DNA of 64,000 nucleotides from Podarcis vaucheri (taxonomy: Eukaryota): NCBI GenBank assembly GCA_965113315.1, contig OZ220366.1; one strand, given 5' to 3'. Positions 1 through 11,851 of this stretch are shown in pieces. The notes under the pieces were generated by a model. The model did no database searches and had not been told where the DNA came from. It saw nothing but the letters and a program-made list of their open reading frames with translations. The position numbers and the translations under genes are program-made. How positions within the stretch are numbered: the first letter of the stretch is position 1; each line of letters opens with the position of its first letter.

Positions 1-470
1 CTACTCTGAGTATGACTACTTTTGGCTGCAACCCCGAGTGATAATAAACACAACACAATGTGCACAGTGGTGGTTGGTGTGGCATGGTGGGGCTGTGGTG
101 CTCACCCGACCTCCCTCTGGCTGAATCTCTGTTGCATACTGGAACAGAAAGGGGGAAGAGCAAGGTGGTGGGAGGTCGCTGCGGTGCAAACACGCAGGCA
201 AGAACACCAGATTGGCTCCGTTGGCCCATTTGCACTGCACTAAACTTGCCACTGCCTTGCCCTCTCCCTTTCAGTCCCAGGATGCAACAGCAGCTGGAGG
301 GAGGTCAGGTGACTCCCCCCCCCACTGTCTGCCACTGGTTGTGCATATACTCTAATTAAACTAGATGCCAATTTATACTGAATAAAAAACCCCAATTTCC
401 TCTCTTACGCTTCATGGATCGTTTGATTCGATTTATTACTTTTACTTCATTTTTCTGTCCATGGAATCAT

Positions 471-674
471 CAGGAAAAACTTCCTGCGGCAAGAGCTGTT
501 CAACCGTGGAACAGACTCCCTCGGGACTCTCCTTCCTTGTGGACTCTCCTTCCTTGGGGGTTTTCAGCAGAGGTTGGGTGGCCACCTGTCATGGATGCTT
601 TAGCTGAGATTCCTGCATTGCAGGGGGTTGGACTAGATGGCCCTTGGGGTCCCTTCCAACTCTACAATTCTATT
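471..674 (+). mobile_element. CR1 LINE 3' end (5'-truncated)
   Basis: ORF2 C-terminal remnant (RAVQPWNRLPR) followed by the CR1-type tail ...gggggttggactagatggcccttggggtcccttccaactctacaattctatt. Confidence 0.85.
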
Positions 675-807
675 CCAAGACAGACATCAGTACCTGTGAA
701 AAAGCCCCATTTAACTCAATGTTTGCCATACAAAGGCAAAGATACTAGGGAAAATACTGGCAATAATGATAAGGGGTAGGAGGTGGGGTCCACTATAGCA
801 AATACTG

Positions 808-1317
808 TGTCAGGAATGAGCCAGCTCCAAGCAAAGTTTTGTAGCCAACTGCAGAAAGCAGCCAGGAACAGAGAGGCTGCTTTGATGTTAGTCAGACAGG
901 GGAGAGCCGACAGCTGCGTACTCCGGCTCCTCCTGACCTTGACCTGCAAGCTGATAAGACAGTAGCAGAGAGCAGGCTAGAATGCAGTCAAAGCTCGCCA
1001 GAAGCACAAACAGGTGGGAAAGGGTTAAGAGACAGCCTCTCAGAGAATGGGGAAGAGGTGGGAGCTGATGCCCTCATTCTGAGGACTCAGCGAATGGGAG
1101 GGCTGCAAGATAGGGAGCAAAAAATAAGACGTAAGAAGCGAAAGTTCAATATCTTCTGTAGATACCAGAAGGAGGCTTCAGAAGGGTCATCTTGAGTAAT
1201 GGTGCCGGAGGCTTTGTTAGAGCCGCCTGGAGCTATCTGTTTGTTTTGGCAATAAATCCACCTTTTTAATTAGCTACGCTTACTGTGTTATTAATCTGGG
1301 AACCTGGACTCCTGACA
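808..1317 (+). mobile_element. Solo LTR (Gypsy/ERV-type)
   Basis: Perfect 8-bp inverted ends TGTCAGGA...TCCTGACA, 5-bp TSD TACTG (803-807, 1318-1322), AATAAA at 1251. Confidence 0.8.
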
Positions 1318-1361
1318 TACTGTCTTTTTCATGATCGTCTCTGATCAGAGATTCCTGTTTC

Positions 1362-1364
1362 TAT

Positions 1365-1399
<35 letters not shown>

Positions 1400-1400
1400 T
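1362..1400. repeat. (TATT)n microsatellite, probable LINE/SINE tail
   Basis: Direct tandem repeat. Confidence 0.85.
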
Positions 1401-2217
1401 AAAATATTTATTCGCTGCTAATTCGGTTTTTAAAAAACAGAGCAGTCTATAATAATTGTACATGAAAAAAAACCCTATACTGTAATCAAAAAGCTAAAAT
1501 CAGAAATCAGGTAGCTAGTGTGGAAAGGTGTATTCTTGATGGCCGGCATAAACCTGCTGAAATGGAAAACAGAAGGCGCCTCTGCTGAATCACTATTGGC
1601 AGAGTATTGCACCACACTGGACCAATGAAACAAAAGCTGGGTTTCTTGTTGCCAAATGAGTCTTGCCAATTTGGGGCAGGAGAACAACACTTGAACACCT
1701 CCTCCCCCCCCCCCAGGCTTAGGGGCGCCATCTGTTTCTCTGTTCTTTTAACAGCAGCCTAACAATCAAAAATTAAGCAGGTGAATGTTTCCCTATCAAT
1801 TTGTCTCCATGACTGGATATTTTGGCTTGCTATTAAAGGCAGAAAGAACCTGCCCGAAAAAACAAGCTGACACCTCAGTTCTGGTGTTCTTGAAATTCAA
1901 TTTTGTTTATTTATTTTTAAAGTGTAAGTCTCTGATTTTCAAACACTTACTCAAAGCAGGTCACGGCTAAACCGAAACAAATGAAAGACCAGGAACGAAA
2001 AAAAGAGTGCAACACCGCCAAAATCCCATGCAGTTTTACTTGGAAGTCAGCTCCATTGTCTTCAGTGGGGCTTACTTCCTTGTAAATGTGTCCAGTCTGA
2101 TTACAACATGTTATTCATCGACTTAAATAATTTCCACTGGATTCAATTAGATCTCTGATGTGGGTTGTGCCACAACACTGTAGATTAAGAAGTTGTGCTG
2201 GTGTGTGTGTGTGTGTA

Positions 2218-2575
2218 GGACGTGGGTGGCACTGTGGTCTAAACCACAGAGCCTAGGGCTTGCCGATCAGAAGGTTGGCAGTTCGAATCCCCGTGACAGG
2301 GTGAGCTCCCATTGCTCGGTCCCTGCTCCTGCCAACCTAGCAGTTTGAAAGCACGTCAAAGTGCAAGTAGATAAATAGGTACTGCTCCGGCAGGAAGGTA
2401 AACGCCGTTTCTGTGTGCTGCTCTGGTTTGCCAGAAGCAGCTTAGTCATGCTGGCCACATGACCCGGAAGCTGTCTGCAGACAAACACCAGCTCCTCGGC
2501 CTATAGAGCAAGATGAGCGCGCAACCCCAGAGTTGTTCGTGATTGGACCTAACTGTCAGGGGTACCTTTTTACCT
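2218..2575 (+). mobile_element. Sauria SINE, full length
   Basis: tRNA-like head (gtggcactgtggtctaaacc...gttcgaatcc), Sauria body and ...ggggtacctttttacc tail. Flanked on both sides by (TG)n. Confidence 0.9.
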
Positions 2576-2579
2576 ATAT

Positions 2580-2612
<33 letters not shown>

Positions 2613-2613
<1 letters not shown>

Positions 2614-2740
2614 ACTGTGAGATAGTTCAGGCTGAGAGGCAGTGACTGGCCTAAGGTTACTCTGTGTGCCTCATGACCAAGTAGGGATTCGAACCCTGGT
2701 CTCTCAGGTCCTACTCCAATATCCTTACCATAGTACAATG
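2613..2740 (-). mobile_element. tRNA/CORE-type SINE fragment (MIR/Squam3-like)
   Basis: gggattcgaaccctggtctc (B box, reverse) and core-like gctgagaggcagtgactggcctaaggttac. Confidence 0.65.
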
Positions 2741-3635
2741 TGTAATGAATTAGGATTGGTTTAGGAAGACTAGCACAATTATTCAATTTGCAGCACTGAA
2801 ATGTGCTGTTCACTATGAACAGAATTCAGCCAAAAATGGTGTGTGTGTTTTTTAAGAATTCTCATTGATTTCAGTGAGGGGGAAATTAAGCAGGTGCTTC
2901 ACTCATTGAAATCAGTGGGATTCAGAATGTGCATGTTATTTTTTCGCTCACAAATCTAGATCTCCTTCCTTTTTCTGCTCTTGGGGGAGGAAGACCATTG
3001 ATGTCAAGCGTCCTATAGAAGCACTCTTTGTGGTAATTGCATTACATTCTTATCTGATGCAATAGTTCTCTTGGGACTGAATTAGGACCAGTATAGTAAC
3101 CACAGTTAAAACTAATTGGATTTTAAAAGCAAAACAAAGCCGAAAATCCCAGATGCAACATTGTGGCAATACAGCCTAATTTCGTAAATGTCACATTTGT
3201 TGCTTGTGCATGCTCACTTCCCCGCCCCCCGCCCCCAGTTTTACAATTTTATTTTATATTTTAGGTTCTTAGATTAAAACAGCAGAAAATATGCCTAGTT
3301 CGGACATCAATCCAAACTTCACAACTGACTTGGAAGAGAAGCTGAGAATGTAGTCATGTGATGTCAATAGTACAACACAAATAGAGGCAGTACCCTTGGG
3401 AACTTATTTCTGCTTTTAATAATGCCAATAACGAATTCGTATTGGGGGGATTACAAAGGCAGCAAGGAAATGTTTGCCAGGGAAGGAAACAGAAATAAAA
3501 AGGCAGGCCCTCCAAAAGTTGCTGAGCTAACTCCCATCAGCCCCAGCAAGCATGGCCAACGGTCAGAAATGGTGGCAACTGCAGTGTCCGGAGGGCCACA
3601 GGTCTTCCATGCCTGGGATAGGGGGAAGATAAACA

Positions 3636-3893
3636 AGGGCTGCCATATGTCCGGGTTTTCTCAGACATATCTGGGATTTGGGCTGCCCAAAAATGGCGTC
3701 CAGCCATGTCCCCCCCCCCTGCTGAATCCCCCCAAAACCCCCAAACTTACCAGTAATTCTGGGGTGGAGATTGCAGATGTTCCCAAACGAAGCTCAACCA
3801 CTCCGCCCCACACCAAAAAAGCTGAACAATTTTGACAAACAAAAACTCAACAACTTTGTCCGTATTTTCACCTTTGGGAATGTGGCAACCCTA
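3636..3893. mobile_element. hAT-type MITE
   Basis: TIRs agggctgcca / tggcaacccta with 8-bp TSD gataaaca (3628-3635, 3894-3901). Confidence 0.75.
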
Positions 3894-4485
3894 GATAAAC
3901 AGAAGAGGGGAATCAGCCATTTTCTCCATGCTCTCCTACATAGGTCTAAGTCAGCCTTTCCCAGTGTGGTGCCCTCAGGGTGGATCGCAGTGGCCATTAG
4001 CTTCAGGCAGCCTGGCCAGTGGCAATGATGGAAGCTGTAGTCTAAAACAGGGAAAGCCAATATTTTCCAGTCGCCTGAGGGTCTCATTCCCTTCCAGGCA
4101 ACCTTCTGAGGGGCAGGAGGCATGTGTGCAACTATTCCCTTTGTTGAGTACGCTGGTTTCTACAACCACGTCTTCTCCATCCTCCATTCAGAGAAGCAAG
4201 GGGCATTACTGGAGTTCAAGTACCCATTCCTGCCAGGCGATAACACTCTGGGTGCAAAGGAGGGACTGTGATGGGTGTGGTCTGCGGAGAGCCCTGAGGT
4301 AAAGAGGCCTGGAGGGCTGCATCTGGCCCCCAGCCCTGTGACTTTCCACCTCTGGTCTAAAACATCTCGACAGCACCAGGGTAAGGAAGCCCTGTTTGTT
4401 CATATGCACATGACTGGGGATGAGAGGGAGAGTGGGGAGTGATTTCTGGTGCTTCTCTCACTTTTGCATTCCCTTCCCCGCTTCA

Positions 4486-5031
4486 TTATCCGGAAAAATA
4501 ATCTCTCAAAGGACCTGTTGATGGCATTCAACCATTGTAGTGTATTAACTTAGGGTCTGTGTGTGTGGTTTGGGAGCTGCAGGGAAAAAACAATGCTGTC
4601 CAGGGTTGTAAAGACTGCGGAGAGAATAATTGGGTACACCCTTCCCACCTTGGATCAAATCTATGCTTCCATAAGTGTCATAAGAAAGCTGCAGAGATAG
4701 TGCAGGATAGTGCACACCCCGGAAATTATCTCTTTCAGCTTCTGCCTTCTGGAAGAAGGTACAGGGTTATAAAGACTAGGACTAACTGCCTGAGAAACAG
4801 TTTTTATCCAATACGATTTTGGTTTTAAACACAGTGTAAGGTAGTCTCTGTGGGAGTATATTATATTTAATTATGGGGTATCAGAGTTTTTAGGGGGTTA
4901 ACCAGGCTGCGATAGCTGGGATAGCAGGCTTGTTGGTTTTTGAATGTCTGATGTAGATTTTTTCAATTTCGTTGTTCTGTATGGGACAATGAAAATAAAG
5001 ATTACCATATTGTATCGTATCGTATCATATC
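4486..5031 (+). mobile_element. Rex1/Babar LINE 3' end
   Basis: Frameshifted C-terminus CVWFGSC..SRVVKTAERIIG..HPGNYLFQLLPSGRRYRVIKTRTNCLRNSFYP, the Rex1/Babar signature. Followed by AATAAA and a (TATCG)n-like tail. Confidence 0.85.
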
Positions 5032-5135
5032 CTTGTGTTTGGGGGAAAAGGCTGAAGAGTGGAGCCTTCTCCACTCCAACAAGCTTCCTGTGCAGGTTTA
5101 GAATCTTGATCCTGCAGTGTTCTCTGTGTGTGGAT

Positions 5136-5271
5136 CAGGGCTCCCCAAACTTGGGTCCCCAGCTGTTTTTGGACTACAGAACCCATCATCCATGACCACT
5201 GCTCCTGCTAGCTCTGGATGATGGGATTTGTAGTCCAACAACAGCTGGAGACCCAGGTTTGGGAAACACAG
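5136..5271. mobile_element. Palindromic hAT-type MITE (subtype A)
   Basis: cagggctccccaaacttgggtccccagctgtttttggactac ... gtagtccaacaacagctggagacccaggtttgggaaac; long terminal inverted arms. Confidence 0.75.
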
Positions 5272-7789
5272 CGTTCCTCTTCAGACCTACCAAATGCAAG
5301 TGCCAGGGTGCACTAGCTGAATCTAATCACCATTTTATTCCCCACATGCGGCATAACGTAGGGGCACAGTGAGAAATTTAAATGGTGGACCAGCCACCCA
5401 GATTAGTCAGAGTAATGTGCCAGATTTTTTTTTTAATGGGTGCCCATGGAAAGTATTAATGATGGGCCCTGCCAAGATGAAATTGGGCCCAGGCTCAAGA
5501 TGCTAGGTGCTGACATTGACTCTCCTGGACCCAATGGATCTTGCTGCATTAGAGATACATGAATCCCTACTTGACTGTTTCTTTAAAAACTCAAGGAACA
5601 CCAAAGGAAGTGCCCTTTGAAATGCAAATAGAAGCTATGGAGAGGGACTTTTTGCCTCAACCATGGCAGGGAGATGGTTAAACCTCCCTTCCCCATCACG
5701 GTCCTCCCTTCAGCTGCTATATAAACAACAACAACAACACTATGCACCTTAATTGCATTCTTACAATTAACCCTCTACTTTGAATTTATTCTACATATGA
5801 CCTGGGATGCTTTCAGAGTCTGTTGCTCATATTGTCATCTTCACTGTTACTAAGAAGCAAGACGCTCCTATCTGTGTAACATCTCTTGGATTCATTCAAT
5901 CACCATTAACCACGTCTGAGCATCTACAAAAGCACCTTAGTAACTGTCTGGGGAGTTTTGCTTGGATTACTTATAATGCATCAGCATGGAAGAGTGCCTG
6001 GAAGATGTACACACAAATTGGCATTAGCAGCATACGGACAGCATCCTGGCAGTGCCCTAACTTTTGATAATTGGAAGAGGGAAGAGGTAGCCAACATTGC
6101 AACAGGCATAATACGAGGGATTTTTGCATGTGGTAAACTCACTGTGTCACATTTCCTAAGCCATAGAAGTCCGACTGGCTGCACACACACAAAACAGGTT
6201 GACAGACACCCATGTCTCCACCAGACTCCAAAGCCCTTTGGTCTTAACAGGCCACCTGTTGCTTTCCCCCTCCCTGTTAAAAAATAAGATTGTATGGTAG
6301 GTGGGCTGCGTTTGGCTTGGCGGGTTACAATACGTGTCTGACAGCATTGCATGTTATCCTTAAATATCTAGACCCAGATTCTGGAAAGGGCAGAGGGTTT
6401 ATACCACCATGATATTTCTGAGGACTAGACTAAATTGAGCAGAACAGTTAAAAATTTGCATCGTATTTTAAACCGGTGCTTTCCTCCAAACTCTTAAAGC
6501 TTCTATGAACTTAAAAAAACAATACGTAGCCTTAAAAAACAACAACAGCTGTGCTGTATAAAAGTAGTTTGCAGGTGCATAGTTGGAACTGAGGATATGA
6601 AGAAAAGCCCTCACTTGTTTTCCACAGTTTCCTTCTTTGATAAGCCTCTCTCCCCACAACCTGCCTCCCTCCCCATATATCTAAGCACATGACTCTGAGA
6701 CTTCTATTCACAATATAAGTAGCTCAATAACATGTGGTGGACCGCACAACAGCTTTGTTGTACACACTGGTTCTGTTCCTGGCCACCACATCGGTACCTG
6801 TAAATCTGGATTAAAAGGAAAGAAGAGCATAGATATAGTGTGGGACTTGGAACAGGGAGGTCAAGGTTCAAACCCCAGCACAGCTAGGAAACTAAAATGG
6901 GAACACTGGGTCCTTTTACCACATATGTCTTCTGCTCAAAAGAAGACACAGATACCTCTGTGTGTGCTGCCTTGAGTTTCTTGGAGAAAAGGAGAGGTAC
7001 AAATTAAATAAGAAATATACATTTGGGCCTAACCCTAAGCCTATTTTCTAGCAATTAATTCAGTGGGACTTACTTTCTTGCAAACATGTTCAGGATAAAG
7101 CTGCCAAACCCCATCAACAGGACTGGGACTAAAAATCGATTTATACCCAGGCATTCTTAATTTAATCTGTGTATGGATTGGGCCTACCATATAAAGGCTC
7201 CCAGGGAAAGCATAAATGCCTGCCTAAAAAAAAAGGCAAGAGCAACCAATTTAGCTTTCTTTTTCATAGAATACTACACCGCCGGGTCATTTAACATTGT
7301 TTAACAACCTGAAACATTTAAATTAAGTATCTGCTTTGGTGACTGGTGGCACACTTCTGAGTGTCTGAGGTGAACTGTTACAACCTTGTCGGGCACCATC
7401 TGCCATCCTTGCCCTCTGTTCTGCCAGACAGAAGGCAAGACAGCCAAAAGAGTTCCGCAAAACCACAGGTTGCTCCTCTTCGAGCATTTGGGAATATGTG
7501 CCCGGTGAAAAGTAAAAAAGGAAGCTTATATCGGGGGCTGCCAAATTGAATCCTTAAACCCTCCGTGTGCAAAGCTGCTCTGATCAGGCAAAGCAATCCT
7601 ACCGAGGTGGGTAGAGGAGACTTCATGATAGAGGAACAACCATACCATATTTTATGTAAACCACTTAGAGGTTTGTTTGTTTTTATTTTTATTAAGGTTA
7701 ATGCCAGTTATCTTATTTCCCCTGCTATTTCTTCCCAATTGGTTCTGGTAGGAGGGAAATTCACTACACCGGCTCCTGACTTCTTGTAC

Positions 7790-8205
7790 TTTTGTTTTGT
7801 TTATTTTGATGAAGGAATAATCATAAATAAATAAGAATAAAATTGTGCACCCCACCCCGAGACCATTCCATTGTAACTATCCAACCTCCAAAAATTTCAA
7901 CACCTCTTGCAATGGTTTGACCCCTTTCTGTTTTAACGGTACAAATTCTACAAATACTTTCCATATCTCCTCAGAATCATTTCTCCTGCATAATTCCTCA
8001 TCTTACCTTAATAGTACATGTTAATTTATCATTCATAGCTATATCCCACACCTCTTTATACCATTCTTCCATTTTATATTCACCTTGCCCCTTCCACTTC
8101 CTAGCTGTAATAACTCGTGCAGCTGTCAATAAATTTGTGAGCAAGTCCTTCACAGCTTTCGAACCTTCCACCTCATCGTAAATTGATAATAATGCTACCT
8201 GTGGA
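7790..8205 (-). mobile_element. L1-clade LINE 3' end
   Basis: Minus-strand translation LLTAARVITARKWK...EEWYKEVWDIAMNDKLT...EEIWKVFVEFV, typical of the L1/Tx1 ORF2 C-terminus. Followed by a G/T-rich UTR, AATAAA and an A-rich tail. Confidence 0.8.
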
Positions 8206-10095
8206 TGAGTTGTTGTACTTTTGGGGGGACTTTCTGGGGGTGGGTGGGAGGGAATATGTGGTTATGAGTTCAATGCCAACCATTCCTGACAGATCTATTT
8301 CCCCTCCTCAGGAGCGTCAGTTGAGAGGGTAGATGATGACAGTGGAGGTGAAAAACACAAGACTGGGCCTACTAGACCAGACCCATGTAGTCTAGCATCC
8401 TGTTGCCACAGGTGGCCAAGCAGATGGCTCTTTTTACATCCCTGACATAAGAGTTCAGTCGTATCCCAGTTTGCTCTTGTGGTGATCTAACACCTGATTT
8501 CAATGTTATGGAAACTTAATGTGAAATCCAAGCTGAGAAATCAAGTTATACATGAAAACAATATTGATCATGTATGCCTGAAAATCTCTTCTCAGCTATG
8601 AAGCTCACTTCGGGAAAGTTAGAATCTCTGACTAGTTCATAGGGTGGTTGTGAGGATAAAATGAGGGGCAGAAGAACCATGTTCTTGCGCAATAGAACTT
8701 TCCCCATTTCCTCTTACTGATTGTCTTGCGGCCATGCATGGTTTGCTCAGTGATGTACACAGTGGGACTTACGGTGTCAGAGGGATACTTTAAGCAGAGA
8801 TTAATTACCAAAAATGGCTATCAAGGAAGTCATTTAATAACCATGCAGGTGTCTTTCACCAGAACTACTTACAGAGAAATCCTTCTCTGAATGAAAGCCA
8901 CTTAGGCTTCAATCCTGTGCTCATTTACCTGAAAGTTAAATTCAAGGAGACTTACTTCTGAGGAGACATGTATAGTGTTGCACTGTTGCTTACTGGCGAA
9001 TGAGAAATAGAAAACTCAACAATTATTAATTGCACAAATGTGTTAACCTTTAAAAATATTAATAAGGAATTAAAGGATGTTTTATCACAACTGTTAGCAG
9101 ACTGCAAGAAATAAAAAACAGTGCAGTGAAAAGGTGGATTGAAAACTGTTTGAAAAGTGCTCTATTCTCTTCATTGTGCTTTTGGTTTATCTCTGCCATG
9201 CTTGTTCTTTCTGTAACCAAATGAGAGGAAGATGCAGCTAAAACAGGGACACTAAGAAAAATGAACACATCCTGCTTATCCACAGATGAACTTGTTTACG
9301 TACAAAGTTTGTATCGAAGTCATCGTAGAATTAATTCATCTTTGGAACTGTGAAACTGTGTGACTGGCCCTCACTCACTGAAGCTTCATTTAGGAAATTA
9401 AATTGGGTTCTGGGACTGATTCCATTTGCATGAAGTTGATTTGAGGCTGAACAGTTTTCAGGGATATCTCATCTCAATAGTGTTATTATGTGCCAACTGG
9501 AAGAATTTGTGGCATGCAGTGGATCTCCCAGATCTGTACTGTGCTATGCATCTGTACAGCATCATTCAGACCAGTAACATACATGGTACATAACATGGTG
9601 TCATAGTACTGCAAACTAGAGAGAATTGAAGAGGGGTATTTTTTATTGCTTTTGCTGTTTACTTCAGGGAAAGGTGCTTCAATCTGCAGCTTCCTGCAGC
9701 TCCTTGTCACTAAAATAAAAACAAAAACAGTGGGGGATTTTTTTTTTAACGTGTTTGCCATGTGATGCCTAGTTTGGTCCTGAAATGCTATATAAGTAGC
9801 AGCTTGTGCATTTTGCATGAGCACGCTTTCTATTTGCTCAACAAGTGAGGCTGCATGTTTTAAACAAATGTTTCATGAGTCTGCTCCAAACAAGTATGCA
9901 CATTAATTGTCAGGTGTGGTGGGTAGGATTTCACTCCCTCTGCTGCAACATGGTTCCAAAGTGCTGCACTTCATCCCTCCTCAGGAGTGAATGGCAGCCA
10001 TTCATCAAAACAAGAGAAACGAAATTATCTAGTTGGAGATACTATTGAGAGGACAGCCGTTGAGATCTTCTCTGCCTCTGGTGATTCCAGTGCTT

Positions 10096-10208
10096 GAATT
10101 GGCCTCCACTGTAACCTATAGACTCATTGTTAAATTGCGTTTATGGAAGACAATCTTACTTGGCTACGAGTGATAGAAGGAGAAGAAGTAGTAGTAGAAG
10201 AAGAAGCC
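10096..10208 (+). mobile_element. RTE-clade LINE extreme 3' fragment
   Basis: Homologous to the 3' end of the copy at 26151-26500, with a (GAA)n tail and long flanking direct repeats (10074-10100, 10209-10235). Confidence 0.75.
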
Positions 10209-10404
10209 GCCTCTGGTGACTCTAGTGCTTGAATTATGCTTAGGTTTTGCCGCCTTTCAGCTAAGCCTCAGTCCACTTAATTTGCCTCCTAGAACCTTGG
10301 GGGAAGCAATGAAAATCAAGATGTGCTTCTAAGCATAGCTCCGCCCCTTCATCTGTTAGTTCTACCATAGATTCCATTTTTGGGTGCAACAACAACAGCA
10401 ACAA

Positions 10405-10490
10405 CTTTATTATTATTTGAACCCCACCCATTTGACTGGGTTGACCTGGCCACTCTGGACGACTTCCAATATACATAAAACAACAAAACC
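10405..10490 (-). mobile_element. L2 3' tail fragment
   Basis: Similar to the 3' UTR of the L2 copies at 35.7 kb and 38.2 kb (ccactctgg...cttcca, (TTA)n). Confidence 0.6.
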
Positions 10491-11030
10491 TTGACAACCA
10501 GCTGTTAGGAGGCAAGTGGGATTTGTAACAAGCCATGATAGCATAAAATACTCATGTCCACTGTTCTACACAGCCATGTGCTTTTTCAATATATTCCATC
10601 CTACAACTCCTCATGTCAACCAGCGTTCTTTAGCCATTTAACATGTTCTGTATGCACTCAGTTGGTTTGGGGGTTCCCACCCATAGGAGGGTTTTCCCAT
10701 AAATATGTTTTGTTCTTCTGCAAAATGCTGGGATCCTCTGAGACACCAGATACCTCCCTCTAGCACACAGGCAGTTTGGCTGTTTTGGCTACATAAATAA
10801 TAGCACTCACAGTTTGAACACCACATGTATGTTGTCCTAGCACCCCAAACAAATGCGGAGAACTGGGTCAAACATAAGTGTGTACTGTATACTTAACAGT
10901 GCAAACAAGCTTTTTTCAACTTTTGTTCATGATCCTCTTACCAATGGGTGTGGTGGAGGAAACCTCAAATGAAATGAGTAGTCTTATTCTCCTGCATGCA
11001 GTGACTTGGCACCTTGGAGCTCCACTAAAC

Positions 11031-11171
11031 CAGGGTTTTGCCAAACTTGGGTCTCCAGTTGTTTTTGGACTACAACTCCCACCATCCCTAGCTAGCAGGA
11101 CCAGTGGTCAGGGTTGATGGGAGTTGTAGTCCCAAAACATCTGGAGGGCCGGGTTCGGGGATGGATGCCTG
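11031..11171. mobile_element. hAT-type MITE, chimeric A/B arms
   Basis: Left arm matches the 5136 copy, right arm matches the 27786 copy. Confidence 0.7.
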
Positions 11172-11796
11172 CCTTAGTGACTAAAGAACAGCAAAACTCA
11201 TAATAAACAAAATGTGGTTTTGCTGATAAAATAGTGTGTTATAAATTCTACACCGGCATTAAACTAGAGAGCCTGGAAATAGGCATAGGCTCCTTCCCCT
11301 GAGGCGCAGGGCTATTGCTCTTTTCATAGGAGAACAATTAGAGAACAATTAACCTACCTATATTGAAGGGACACTCCAAAGAAGATTTCAGAGGAGCTTT
11401 TGGTATCACATGGTGCCACCTACTCTCCTTTCCTTGCCTTTGATAATAGTTGTAACAGTTGAAAGCTAGGGTTATTGTCATCAGCATCTGATTGTGAACT
11501 CCTACTGAAAGACAAGGAGGATTTCACACCTTGAAGATCTTGTTTCCAGCAGTCTCCGAAACTGAGGATGTGTCTGTATTGCTTGGGACTCATTTCAAGT
11601 TTTGAAAGCTTTCCCCTCCCCCTTCACAGCTAAACCAGTTAAGACACACAGAGAAGCTTTCCTTTCTTTCTTTTTCAAAGGTAAGATCTTGGAGAAACAT
11701 TGTAACACCTATATGTGATTACTGGCTGGTCTTCCTACATTCTCTTTTGAAGTCTTAACAATATTAAGTGCTGGTGTTGCTACATCATTGCAGACA

Positions 11797-11799
<3 letters not shown>

Positions 11800-11832
<33 letters not shown>

Positions 11833-11851
11833 CATATATATATATATATAT
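11800..11851. repeat. (GT)n(AT)n compound microsatellite
   Basis: Direct observation. Confidence 0.9.

Noticed and set aside
10550-10875. Possible decayed exon or retroviral coding relic on the minus strand
   Set aside because: No motif recognised in any frame; multiple stops.
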